DNA of 58,390 bases, from IMG/VR virus record IMGVR_UViG_3300049259_000203, positions 1 to 58,390 of that record. One strand, given 5' to 3'. Positions within the stretch are counted from its first letter, which is position 1, and each line of letters opens with the position of its first letter. This stretch comes from a virus. Lineage: Duplodnaviria; Caudoviricetes. A program made the translations under genes and the position numbers. Below are positions 44,143 to 52,759 of the stretch, one piece after another. The notes beneath the pieces are model-generated. The model was not told the DNA's origin. It worked only from the letters and a program-made list of their open reading frames with translations, and did not search any database.

Positions 44143-44744
44143 ACTGCCCTCCGGCTGGTGCACAGCAGGTAGGCGGTGTTGAACAGCTCGATCGCGTCGG
44201 CGCCGCCCCACGAGTTCATCAGGTCGCTCACGTCGGCCTCGGTCATCTCCGGGTCGACGGCGCACGCGGCGACGAGCGCCGACGGGAACGTCGCCGGGTT
44301 GAACTCGAGCTCGGGCCCGACCTCCTCCTTCTGCTCCTTCGTCGGCTTGTGATCGGCGATGAGAGCGTCGTAGCGGTCCCGGGGGATCGCGCGGAGCAGG
44401 ATGTGTGACGTCGCGGCCTGGAGCGCCTCCTGGGCGGCCGCAACGGCCGCCTCCGCGGCATTGACTTCCTCGTCCGGCGCGTCGAACAGGCTCGCGGCCT
44501 GCGTGAGCGCGTCGTCGCCGCTGCCCTTCACGAGCGGCAGCAGCGCGTCGAGGCGCTTCTTCCGCCGCGCCTGCGCCTCCTGGAGCTCACGGCGGGCCAC
44601 GGCCAGCGCGCGGATGATGTCGTCGTTGTCGACGACGGCGTACCGCGCCTCGCGCGGCTTGATCGCACGGAGCCGCTCCAGCGTGGCGGCCTGCCCGAGC
44701 CGCGCGTCGGTGGGGCTGATCTGCTGCTTCTGGCGCCCTGGCAT
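44130..44744 (-). CDS. Tail assembly chaperone
   Basis: Between major tail and tape measure; LRAIPRDRYDALIADHKP..FPSALVAAC; ACAGGAGG RBS. Confidence 0.8.
   Translation of the reverse strand: MPGRQKQQISPTDARLGQAATLERLRAIKPREARYAVVDNDDIIRALAVARRELQEAQARRKKRLDALLPLVKGSGDDALTQAASLFDAPDEEVNAAEAAVAAAQEALQAATSHILLRAIPRDRYDALIADHKPTKEQKEEVGPELEFNPATFPSALVAACAVDPEMTEADVSDLMNSWGGADAIELFNTAYLLCTSRRAVGNA
44136..44142 (-). other. -1 ribosomal frameshift slippery heptamer G GGA AAC
   Basis: X XXY YYZ pattern two codons before the stop; the -1 frame is open to 43750. Confidence 0.8.
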
Positions 44745-44779
44745 GTGGTCGAGTCCTCCTGTGTGTGCCACCTACGACG

Positions 44780-44810
44780 GGAGCCGGCCTGCTGTCACCA
44801 GGCCGGCTCC
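44780..44810 (-). terminator. Hairpin after the major tail gene
   Basis: 12-bp inverted repeat GGAGCCGGCCTG/CAGGCCGGCTCC. Confidence 0.5.
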
Positions 44811-44842
44811 TGCACGGTAGCGGAGAACCGCCCCGATTCCCG

Positions 44843-45316
44843 TTAGGGGATCGTCACGTCGAGCGCGGGCGCGGCGGTGATGCCGAACTGCACGCGGTAG
44901 CGCGCCGGGTCGTTGCCCATCGTGTACACGTTGCCGCGGGACGTCACGACGCACGGGAACACGTCGGCCTTGCGGGTCGCGACGTCGCCCTGGCTCGCGA
45001 CGAACATGAACCCGACGGTGTTCTTGGCGAGCGCGGTGCGGATCGCCTGCGAGCCCGGCGTGAGCCGCTCGAACATCGTCAGCGACGAGTCGTCGGCGTT
45101 GTCGATGCCGGCGATCGAGGAGTCGAACGTCTCGTCGAGGGCGGGCGTCGGGATGCGCGAGTTGGCGAGCAGCCACCCGTCGATGTCGGCGACGTCGGGC
45201 GAGAGGTCCGTCCCGGCGACGATCTCGGGGCGCGTCGGCGTCAGGTTCGCGGCCGCGATCGCGGGCAGGAACTTGAACTTCGTCACGCCGCGTCGGAAGA
45301 AGCGGTCGGCACCCAT
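44843..45316 (-). CDS. Major tail (tube) protein
   Basis: RFFRRGVTK..PAIA..PTRPEI.AG.DLS..I.GW..DVFP pattern of actinophage tail tubes; position fits. Confidence 0.85.
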   Translation of the reverse strand: MGADRFFRRGVTKFKFLPAIAAANLTPTRPEIVAGTDLSPDVADIDGWLLANSRIPTPALDETFDSSIAGIDNADDSSLTMFERLTPGSQAIRTALAKNTVGFMFVASQGDVATRKADVFPCVVTSRGNVYTMGNDPARYRVQFGITAAPALDVTIP

Positions 45317-45353
45317 CGTCGTCTCCTCGGGTCGGTCGGCCTAGCGGGCGGCG

Positions 45354-45947
45354 TTACGTGGTCTTGTCGGTCGCCTTCGCGGTCGGGGGCTTCGCGCCCG
45401 CCGGGGTCCCGGGCGCGCCGGTGCTGGGGGTCGTGCTGCCCGGCGCGGTCGTCGCAGGCGCGGTGGTGCTCGGCGACGCGGTCGCGCCCGGCGTCGTGCC
45501 GGCGGCGGTCGCGGTGCCCGCGGGCGGCACCGCGGCACCGCTGCTCGTCGTCGCCGCCGGAGCGGGCGCCTCGGCGGTCGACGTGCCCGGCTTCTCGGCG
45601 GTGCCGTCAACCGCGTGCCAGCCGAGCGCCTGGTAGCGGTCGAGCAGGTCGCCGCGCGTGACCTTCTTCGTCGCCTTCGTCTCGCCGTGGCGGACGGTGA
45701 CGACCTCGTCGCGGTTGATCTCGGTCGTCTCGGCGGTCGGCGCGGCCGCGGCGCTCTCGTCGATGACGAACCAGCCGCGCGGCTCGTGCACGATGTCGAA
45801 CTGCTCCCGCGTGCACGTCGCCGTGGCGGTCGTGTCCGGGTGACCGATGCGCAGGACGTCCGTCGGCTGCGGGCCGGTCGGCGCCGGCGTGTCGTCGATC
45901 GGGAGCGTCGCCCCGGTGGTCTCCGGGTTGATCGTGGTCTCGGTCAT
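45354..45947 (-). CDS. Virion-module protein with two small tandem domains and a Thr/Ala/Pro tail
   Basis: Repeats V.I.HP.T.AT..TR..GW twice; GGAGG RBS. Confidence 0.65.
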   Translation of the reverse strand: MTETTINPETTGATLPIDDTPAPTGPQPTDVLRIGHPDTTATATCTREQFDIVHEPRGWFVIDESAAAAPTAETTEINRDEVVTVRHGETKATKKVTRGDLLDRYQALGWHAVDGTAEKPGTSTAEAPAPAATTSSGAAVPPAGTATAAGTTPGATASPSTTAPATTAPGSTTPSTGAPGTPAGAKPPTAKATDKTT

Positions 45948-46411
45948 GGTGGGCCTCCAGCCGGGGTGACGGCGACGTAGAACTGCTCGACGACTTGGAA
46001 GATACCTTCGACGTAGTCCAACGAGCCGTACCCGGCCTGCAAGCCTCTGTCCGTGTCGCGCAGCCCCGCCGCGGCCAGGTCGAGCGGCGTGATGAACGCG
46101 GCGTCGCCGTCGCGGTCCAGCACCCGCCGCAGCACCCGCTTCGACACCCGGCGCGCCTGCGCGGCGGTGCGGCCGCAGCAGGTCACCTGGTAGCCGTACG
46201 CGACGTTCGCCGCGGCCTCGTCCAGCGACGCGGCGAACACGCCGCCGCCCTGCGGGTACAGGATCGCCCACCCGGCCTCGGCCGGGAGACTGTCGGGCAG
46301 CCGGCACATCTCGATCGGGTGCTGGTCGAGCGCCTCGGCGAGCCACGCCATGACGGCGTCGTCGACGAGCTCCTGGTCGGGCGGGCTGTTCCCCGGGTCG
46401 CGGTCAGGCAT
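45944..46411 (-). CDS. Tail terminator-like protein
   Basis: WAILYP..YQVTCCGRT..QA; position after the HK97 gp10-like gene. Confidence 0.7.
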   Translation of the reverse strand: MPDRDPGNSPPDQELVDDAVMAWLAEALDQHPIEMCRLPDSLPAEAGWAILYPQGGGVFAASLDEAAANVAYGYQVTCCGRTAAQARRVSKRVLRRVLDRDGDAAFITPLDLAAAGLRDTDRGLQAGYGSLDYVEGIFQVVEQFYVAVTPAGGPP

Positions 46412-46809
46412 CAGGCGGCCAACCCTCCCAGCGCGTCCAGGTACTCCGGCACCGTCTGGTCGAACGCCGGAACGATGTGCGGGTACGCGGGCTGGTTGTA
46501 CACGCGGCCGAGCGAGTCGGTGCCGACGAACCCGTACTCGAGCCGCCGCCCCTGCGGCTTGTTCGTGCCCACCGTGGCGACGATCTCGTCGAGGGTGATC
46601 GACAGGTCGACCGCCCAGGAGCGGGCGTAGTCGCCGGTCACCCGGCGCGGGCCCGGCCGGCCGGACGCGTTCGCGACGATGCGCCGGCGCGCGACCTCCG
46701 CGTACATGCGGGTCACCGCGGCGGCCTTCCGGCGGGCGCGTACGCCGTCGAGCTCCATCGTGCGCCCGACCTCGCCGGCGTTCGTCTCGATCGCCGCGTG
46801 GACGGTCAC
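46411..46809 (-). CDS. HK97 gp10-like tail completion protein
   Basis: ASGRPGP..TGDYARSW..VGTN.PQ.RRLEYGF..P.YPH..PA. Confidence 0.8.
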   Translation of the reverse strand: MTVHAAIETNAGEVGRTMELDGVRARRKAAAVTRMYAEVARRRIVANASGRPGPRRVTGDYARSWAVDLSITLDEIVATVGTNKPQGRRLEYGFVGTDSLGRVYNQPAYPHIVPAFDQTVPEYLDALGGLAA

Positions 46810-47252
46810 GCCGGCGCCTCGGCGGGCGGCCGCCACCCGATCTCGGTGATCCGCACCGTCCGGGACACGAGCAGCGTCCTCCGCAGCACCGACCCGGTGA
46901 CGTACCGCCGGCCGAGGAGCGTCGCGTCGTGCTCGACAGCGGTGATGACCACCGTCGAGCCCTCCGGGACGTCCGGCGCGTCCCACGGCAGCTTGAGGCC
47001 GTACTGCACGGGCGGCTCCGGCTCGCTCGGACCGACCGGGTACACCTTGACGCGGCTCTCCGACTCGGGCTTGACCGCGCACGGTCCCAGGTACAGCGTC
47101 GCCGCGTCACCGGCGGGCCGCACCAGCAGGTCGGTGACGGGGTCGAGCTCGTCGTCGCGGGTGCCTTCCTGGTCGACGAGGATCGCGCACTCGTCGAGCA
47201 GCACGAGACCGGCCATCATGTCCCGCGCCCAACCCAGGTCGAGGCCCGCCAT
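46806..47252 (-). CDS. Head-to-tail stopper (DUF6093-like)
   Basis: D.C.I..LDP.T..LYLGPCAV..LKLP..V.IT..D..L.GR. Confidence 0.75.
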   Translation of the reverse strand: MAGLDLGWARDMMAGLVLLDECAILVDQEGTRDDELDPVTDLLVRPAGDAATLYLGPCAVKPESESRVKVYPVGPSEPEPPVQYGLKLPWDAPDVPEGSTVVITAVEHDATLLGRRYVTGSVLRRTLLVSRTVRITEIGWRPPAEAPA

Positions 47253-47256
47253 CGGA

Positions 47257-47640
47257 CTACCCGCCGCCGGCGAGCTTCTTGAGCACGTCGAGGATCAGGC
47301 GCGTCCCGCCGTAGTCGCCCATGTCGGCGTTCTCCAGCGCGAGCCGGTCGACCTCGTCGGGGTCCATCGCGTTGAGGAACCGCAGGACCTCGTCGCCGCC
47401 CGGCTCCTCCGGCTCGGTGACGACGATGCACTCCGGCAGCACGACGTGGTGGTCGCCGCGCGGCCGCATCGCGAGCACGAGCCGCGGCACGTCGCCGGGC
47501 CGCGCGCTCATGTCGAAGCGCAGTCCCTCGATCGCGGGTGCGACGTCGACGCCGTCCACGACGACGCGGCTCCGGCCATCCTTGAGCTCGATCTCGACTG
47601 CTCCGGTCGCCGCGATCTGGCGGCTATCGGTCTCGGTCAT
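47257..47640 (-). CDS. Hypothetical protein inserted in the head-tail module
   Basis: ACAGGAGGACCCGC-ATG start (MTETDSR). Confidence 0.7.
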   Translation of the reverse strand: MTETDSRQIAATGAVEIELKDGRSRVVVDGVDVAPAIEGLRFDMSARPGDVPRLVLAMRPRGDHHVVLPECIVVTEPEEPGGDEVLRFLNAMDPDEVDRLALENADMGDYGGTRLILDVLKKLAGGG

Positions 47641-47674
47641 GCGGGTCCTCCTGTGTCGGGGTGCTCCCGCGAGG

Positions 47675-48616
47675 CTACCTGCCGCGCCGCGCCGCGCGAC
47701 GCTGCGCGACCGCCTCCCGCCGCCGTGTCGCCGCCCGCACCCGGGCACGCGACGCCGTCGCGTCGAGCCGCGCCCGCTCGGCCTGCGCCGCGTCCGCCCG
47801 CTGCTCCGGCGTCGTCGTCGCGCCGGCGCCTTTCGCGTCCGCCTTCGTCCGCAGCTCCGGCCGCGCACCGAACGCCCGCTGGCACCGCGGGTGCGACAGC
47901 GGCGTCGCAGCGCACTCGTCGATGTGTCGGATCGTCCCGTCGGCGTGGTCGGTGTCGTCGTGCGACGTCCACCCGCACGACGGCCCGTCGAAGACCTCCA
48001 TGAACGACACGCCGGCCTCGCGGGACAGGTTGAGCGTGCCCTGGTTGTACGCGTCGGCGGTCTTCGTCCGCACCGCCATGTCGGCGTAGTCGGCGAGGCC
48101 GTGACGGGAGCCGTCCTTGTAGCGGACGGCGTACGCGCCGTGCTCGGCGAGCCACCTGGCCGCCTCGCGGGCGGCCTGCTGCGCCGTCTTCCCGGCGGTC
48201 AGCGCCGCGAACGACTGCCCGCCCACGACTTCCCGCACGAGCGCCTTCACGCTGCGCCGTACGCCGCGCGTCGCCCCCAGCAGGTCGTTGAACGTGTCCT
48301 GCGCGAGCTGCGTGACCGCCTGCCGGTGCAGCGACGTGTACACCAGGTCGTGCCCGGTCGCGCGGGTCGCGGCCGCAGCGCCGAGCTCGTACACCCGGAC
48401 GATGCCGCCCTCGGCCCACTCCCGCGCCAGCGCATCCAGCTCGTCCATCGCCGCCTCGACGGCCCGCTGGTACTCGCGGACCCGGCGGATCGCCCGCTCG
48501 TGGCGTACGGCGTCCGCGGCGAGCAGCGCCTCCCGCCGCTGGAGGTCCTCCCACACGGCCTCGAACCGGGCGCGGAGCGCCTCGCTCGCGCGCAGCGCCT
48601 CCGACGGCTGCGGCAC
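47675..48616 (-). CDS. Minor capsid / MuF-like head morphogenesis protein
   Basis: YADMAVRTKT..YNQG..DG..CG..H..HPRCQR. Confidence 0.8.
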   Translation of the reverse strand: MPQPSEALRASEALRARFEAVWEDLQRREALLAADAVRHERAIRRVREYQRAVEAAMDELDALAREWAEGGIVRVYELGAAAATRATGHDLVYTSLHRQAVTQLAQDTFNDLLGATRGVRRSVKALVREVVGGQSFAALTAGKTAQQAAREAARWLAEHGAYAVRYKDGSRHGLADYADMAVRTKTADAYNQGTLNLSREAGVSFMEVFDGPSCGWTSHDDTDHADGTIRHIDECAATPLSHPRCQRAFGARPELRTKADAKGAGATTTPEQRADAAQAERARLDATASRARVRAATRRREAVAQRRAARRGR

Positions 48617-48618
48617 CG

Positions 48619-48972
48619 CTACCTGGACCGGCGGGGCTTGAGCCTGGTCTGCGTGAGCTCCGGCATCGGCGTCGTCGTGTCACCCGTCGCGGCGCTCATC
48701 GCCGCGTCGAGCTCGGCCTGCACCCGCTTGATCTGGTTCTCGAGGCCGCGGATGTTGCCGTCCCAGTTCGCGGTGACCTCGCCGGCGATGCTGCCCGACG
48801 CGGGCCGGCCGCCGGTGAGCAGCTCGGCCAGCGCGGCGTTGAGGTACTCCAGCGCGACGGCTTCCCTGTACCCGAGCCGGTCGAACGCGGCGTCGAGGTC
48901 GACGTCGGCCGGCGGCACGCCCTTCCCGATGCGCGACCGCACGTACGCGAGTCCGTTGACGTCGAGCGGCAT
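48619..48972 (-). CDS. Head-tail adaptor-like protein
   Basis: Small helical protein after the capsid region (YVRSRIG..VALEYL..NIRGLE). Confidence 0.6.
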   Translation of the reverse strand: MPLDVNGLAYVRSRIGKGVPPADVDLDAAFDRLGYREAVALEYLNAALAELLTGGRPASGSIAGEVTANWDGNIRGLENQIKRVQAELDAAMSAATGDTTTPMPELTQTRLKPRRSR

Positions 48973-49084
48973 GTGCCAGACCCCTATCCCGCGGTGCCGA
49001 GACCGCGCTCACGGCGCCGAGCATGACACGGCCCCGCAGGCCGTCGACGGACCTGCGGGGCCGTGTCGCCCCATGCCCAGGGGT

Positions 49085-49759
49085 CTACGTGGTGGCGCCC
49101 TCGGTGCCCGCCGGAGGAGCGCCCGCGGTGCCCGGGGCGGGGGTGCCCGCGTTCGGTTCCGGCGGCGTACCGCCACCGGGCGTCTCGGTCTCCGGCGCGG
49201 CCGGCGCGGCGTCGTGCAGCACCCGCACCCGCTCCGGCAGGTCGTCCGGGTCGACGAGCTCGCGCGCGACCAGGTCGCGGATGAACGCCCCGACCGCCTC
49301 GTCGAACGACTCCAGCGCCGCCTCGTAGTGCGGCTTGTTGCGGCCCTTCACGGTGATGTGCCGGCGCTCGGCCTCGTCCGCCAGCTCGGGCACCGTGTAG
49401 CGGCCGTACGGCGGGACGAGACCCTCGTCCTCGTCGAGGTCCGCGTCGAGCGCCCCCGCCGCGGTGCGCGCCGGGTCGGCGAGCCGCGCCGCACGACGCA
49501 GGTCCTCCTCGGCCGGCGGGGAGAACCCGGACAGGAACGCCGGGTCGCCCTCCGCGGTGCCCGGCACCGGCCGGTCCAGCGCGCTGCGGCGGCGGCCGCT
49601 CACCGGGTCGACGTCGCTGTCGGCGCCGCCGGCGTCGTACGTCGCGCCCGGGTTGGTCACCTTGCCCTCGGCCCACGGCGGGACGTCGTCGCCCCGGAGG
49701 AACGTGTGCGACACGCCGTTGCTGTCGTCGACGGTCACGGTCTTCGCGAACTTGCGCAT
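49085..49759 (-). CDS. Virion-associated protein (SAP/HeH-like motif)
   Basis: FLRGDDVPPWA...VTNP N-terminus and TVPELADEAERRHI motif; follows the capsid gene. Confidence 0.6.
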   Translation of the reverse strand: MRKFAKTVTVDDSNGVSHTFLRGDDVPPWAEGKVTNPGATYDAGGADSDVDPVSGRRRSALDRPVPGTAEGDPAFLSGFSPPAEEDLRRAARLADPARTAAGALDADLDEDEGLVPPYGRYTVPELADEAERRHITVKGRNKPHYEAALESFDEAVGAFIRDLVARELVDPDDLPERVRVLHDAAPAAPETETPGGGTPPEPNAGTPAPGTAGAPPAGTEGATT

Positions 49760-49801
49760 CGCTGCCCCTTCCGGGCCGGTCGGAGTGGTCGCGCCGGGCG
49801 C

Positions 49802-50848
49802 CTAGAACATCTCCAGGATCATGTGCGCCTCGGGCTGGCGGATGACCGGCATGATGATGCCGGCCGCGTTCGTCCACGTCTGGATCGGCGAGAACGTGCG
49901 CATGACGACCGCGACGATGCCGGGCGCGTCCTCGAGCTCGATGCGGCCCTGCTCGATCATCTCCGTCGCCTCGGCGGTGATGCCGTACTCCGTCGTCCCG
50001 AAGTCCTCGCTGGTCTCCGGGAGCCAGATCAGCAGGTCGTCGGGGATGACGCGGGTCTTGACCCGCGCACCGCCCGCGCCGCGGACCTGGACGGTCGTGT
50101 CGTACGTCTCCAGCGGCGGCAGACCGAACGACGCCAGCACCTGCGCGATCGTGTCGACGGTGACGAGGCTCGGGCCGCCGGCCATCGCGCCCGCGAGCTC
50201 GCGGATCGACTCGTTGCGCATCAGGTAGTTGACGACCTTCGTCGACGTGAGCCCCACCGCCGGCGGGCCGTCGGCGTCCTCGGCGTAGACCTCGGCCTGC
50301 GACCGGAGCCAGCCGACGACGTCGAACGTCGGGTCGGAGATCGGCGTCGGCGACGCGACGTCGTGCGTCGGGTCGAGACCGAACTCGACCTCGCCCTGCC
50401 CGCCGTTCTCCAGGATGGAGAACGTGCACGTCGACAGCGCCTGCCCGCGCGCCAGCTCGGCGCGCGCCTGGACGGCGCGGACCATCGCCCGCGCGTCGTT
50501 GAAGATCGCGCGGATGAGCTGCGCCCGGGCGCCGTCGCGGCCGCCGCCGCCGAGGATCGCGCGGAGACGCATCCGCTGCTCCTCGGTGAGCGGGATCATC
50601 CGGTTCACCGGCGGCAGCTCGCCGCGGACCACCGTGAGGCCCTCGCGCCGGCCGATCGTCGGCTCGGTGTCCCAGGCGCGGTAGTACGCGACCTCCTTGT
50701 CGGTGAAGCTGCCCTTCGTGAACTGGTACTCGATGTCGGGCGTCTCGACGTCCGGCAGGAACCTGTTCAGGTTGAACCGCGGGAACTCGAGGCCGCGGAC
50801 GAACCCGAGCATCTCCTCCGGGTCGATCAGGTCGTAGATGAGGTCCAT
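49802..50848 (-). CDS. Major capsid protein (lambda gpE-like)
   Basis: 348 aa; YRAWDTE..ELPP..AVQARAELARGQAL..G.T.YGIT.E; follows scaffold and decoration genes. Confidence 0.88.
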   Translation of the reverse strand: MDLIYDLIDPEEMLGFVRGLEFPRFNLNRFLPDVETPDIEYQFTKGSFTDKEVAYYRAWDTEPTIGRREGLTVVRGELPPVNRMIPLTEEQRMRLRAILGGGGRDGARAQLIRAIFNDARAMVRAVQARAELARGQALSTCTFSILENGGQGEVEFGLDPTHDVASPTPISDPTFDVVGWLRSQAEVYAEDADGPPAVGLTSTKVVNYLMRNESIRELAGAMAGGPSLVTVDTIAQVLASFGLPPLETYDTTVQVRGAGGARVKTRVIPDDLLIWLPETSEDFGTTEYGITAEATEMIEQGRIELEDAPGIVAVVMRTFSPIQTWTNAAGIIMPVIRQPEAHMILEMF

Positions 50849-50869
50849 GACGCAGGCGCTCCCGTCGGC

Positions 50870-51265
50870 CTAGAGGAAGTGGATGAGCTTGAGGTCCGCC
50901 TTGGCGGCGGCGTTGATGCCGCTGCCCGCCGGCAGCCGGTCCTCGATGATCTGGCAGTGCCACAGACCCGCCGTGATGCACGGCTTCCCCGCGACCGCCT
51001 TGCACGGCGACAGGGTGACGTAGCGGGCGGTCTCGCGGCCGTCGACCGCGGCGTCGTCGTACCGCGCGTACCGCTGCGTCGCGGTGACGAGCCCGACGAC
51101 GACACCCGCCGGGACGTTCCCGTCGGGGAACGCGGCGATCAGCGCGTCGCCGTCGAGCGAGATCGTCTTGGCCGTGTCCACGCCGTGACGCGACGCGAGG
51201 AAGTCGGGGGTGTCGCTGGTGTAGTCGGTCGTCGTCGTGCCGAGCGTGATACCCGGACCGCCCAT
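50870..51265 (-). CDS. Head decoration protein
   Basis: G.VPAG..G..Y..YD..A.DGRETA..RLP pattern; between scaffold and capsid. Confidence 0.75.
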   Translation of the reverse strand: MGGPGITLGTTTTDYTSDTPDFLASRHGVDTAKTISLDGDALIAAFPDGNVPAGVVVGLVTATQRYARYDDAAVDGRETARYVTLSPCKAVAGKPCITAGLWHCQIIEDRLPAGSGINAAAKADLKLIHFL

Positions 51266-51310
51266 CGTCTGCTCCCTCGGTCGTCGTCGTTGTCGCGTGG
51301 GGTTGCGGTG

Positions 51311-52141
51311 CTACGTCCTGGCGCCGTTCATCTTCTTCGCGAGCGCCTGCCCGGCCTCGAACTTCTCGCGGCCGCTCGGGCGGCGCGTGCTCCCGTGCCC
51401 GGCGCCGCCGGCGGGACCGCCGCTGGCCGCACCGCCGCCGTTCTCCTGCCGCCGGCGACGGTCCTCGCGCTCGCGCCGCTCGCGGTCCTCCCGGTCGCGC
51501 CGCTCGTCGTCGGTCTCGTCCTCGTGCTGCTGCGCCCACAGCGCGGGGACGGAGTCCTTGAGCTTCGCGACGGCCGCGGTGACGGCCGACTCGTCGAGGT
51601 TCTCCGCGGCGAGGTCGACGTCGACGAGCTTCGCGACCCGGGCCAGGTGCCCGGTCTCGCCCTTCGCGTCGGTGTCGCCGAGGCCCGCGGCCATGAGCGC
51701 GACGTGCACCCGGGAGACGTTGCGGTCGCGCAGCGCGTCGGCCTTGAGCCGCGCCGCCGTGGCGCGGTCCTCGTCGGCTGCGCGGCGGGCCGCCTCGGTG
51801 GCACCCAGCGTGCGCTCCTCCTCGGCGCGGCGGGCGGCGGTGGCGGCCTGGACCGCCGCCTTCGCCTCGTCTGCCGAGCCCACGCCGAGCTCCTCGAGGA
51901 TCGCCCGGCGACCCGCCCGCTCGCCCTGCTCACGTTCGGCGGTCGCGCGACGGGAGAGCTCGTCCTGCGTGAACAGCTTCTCGTCGCCCTTCCCGCCGCC
52001 ACCACTGCCCCCGCCGGAGCCGCCGCTGCCGCCCTGGCCGCCCGCCCCACCGTCGCCGCCCTCGTTGTCGAGGAAGCAGCGAGTCGGGTCTACGAGCCGA
52101 GGCAGGTGTCCACGGTTCATGCGGCGCTCCTTGAGGGACAT
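51311..52141 (-). CDS. Capsid scaffolding protein
   Basis: Gly linker, KLFTQDEL, and coiled-coil; upstream of the capsid gene. Confidence 0.8.
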   Translation of the reverse strand: MSLKERRMNRGHLPRLVDPTRCFLDNEGGDGGAGGQGGSGGSGGGSGGGGKGDEKLFTQDELSRRATAEREQGERAGRRAILEELGVGSADEAKAAVQAATAARRAEEERTLGATEAARRAADEDRATAARLKADALRDRNVSRVHVALMAAGLGDTDAKGETGHLARVAKLVDVDLAAENLDESAVTAAVAKLKDSVPALWAQQHEDETDDERRDREDRERREREDRRRRQENGGGAASGGPAGGAGHGSTRRPSGREKFEAGQALAKKMNGART

Positions 52142-52261
52142 CCGGCTACGGGCCGGTTCCGTCCCGGGTGAACGCCGGGTCGCGTCGCCGAGCGTACGAC
52201 GGGCGCGGCCTGAGACCTCGGAAGGTCAGGCCGCGCCCGTCGGCGTGTCGCGCGCTGTCGG

Positions 52262-52453
52262 CTACCGCTTGCGGCCGCCCAGGCGGCCACGCTGCGCGTG
52301 GGCGTGCGCGTAGCCGAGCCGGCCGGTCGGGCGGGGCACGCCGACCCCGGCCTGCGGGATCGTGAGCGGCAGCCGGCCGCGCGGCGTCGGCGTGTTCGTC
52401 AGCGTGATCCGCCCACCGCGCCGGCGGGTGAACGCCTTGTCCTTCATCGGCAT
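52262..52453 (-). CDS. Small basic Arg/Gly-rich protein
   Basis: GAGGAGG RBS; 63 aa. Confidence 0.55.
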   Translation of the reverse strand: MPMKDKAFTRRRGGRITLTNTPTPRGRLPLTIPQAGVGVPRPTGRLGYAHAHAQRGRLGGRKR

Positions 52454-52498
52454 GGCGGTCCTCCTCGTCAGGGTCGTCCCCCGGTCACGGTACCCGCC

Positions 52499-52756
52499 CT
52501 ACGGCCAGCAGTGCCCGCACGGGCGGGCGAAGCGGATCGCGTGGCGCAGCGGCAGCAGGTGACCGCCGGCGAACTCGATGCCGCTCCCGCGGTCGACCCA
52601 CACGGTGAGCCCGCAGTCGGTCCGCTCGCCGCGCGTCTGGGTGCGGTGGAACACCGGCTCGTCCTGCCACGCTGACGCCAGCCAGACGAGCTGCCCGGGA
52701 CGCTCGTCGTACACGCCGTCGCCGTCGTACGCCGGGATCGTGAGCAGCCGCGGCAT
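52499..52756 (-). CDS. Hypothetical Zn-binding protein
   Basis: H..CG..CGHC; directly after the portal gene. Confidence 0.6.
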   Translation of the reverse strand: MPRLLTIPAYDGDGVYDERPGQLVWLASAWQDEPVFHRTQTRGERTDCGLTVWVDRGSGIEFAGGHLLPLRHAIRFARPCGHCWP

Positions 52757-52759
52757 CGC

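Noticed and set aside
47321-52171. Very long plus-strand ORFs (47321-52171, 39691-43740, 53051-54982 and others)
   Set aside because: They are antisense to recognisable genes, Arg/Gly/Ala-rich with no motifs; high GC suppresses stop codons.
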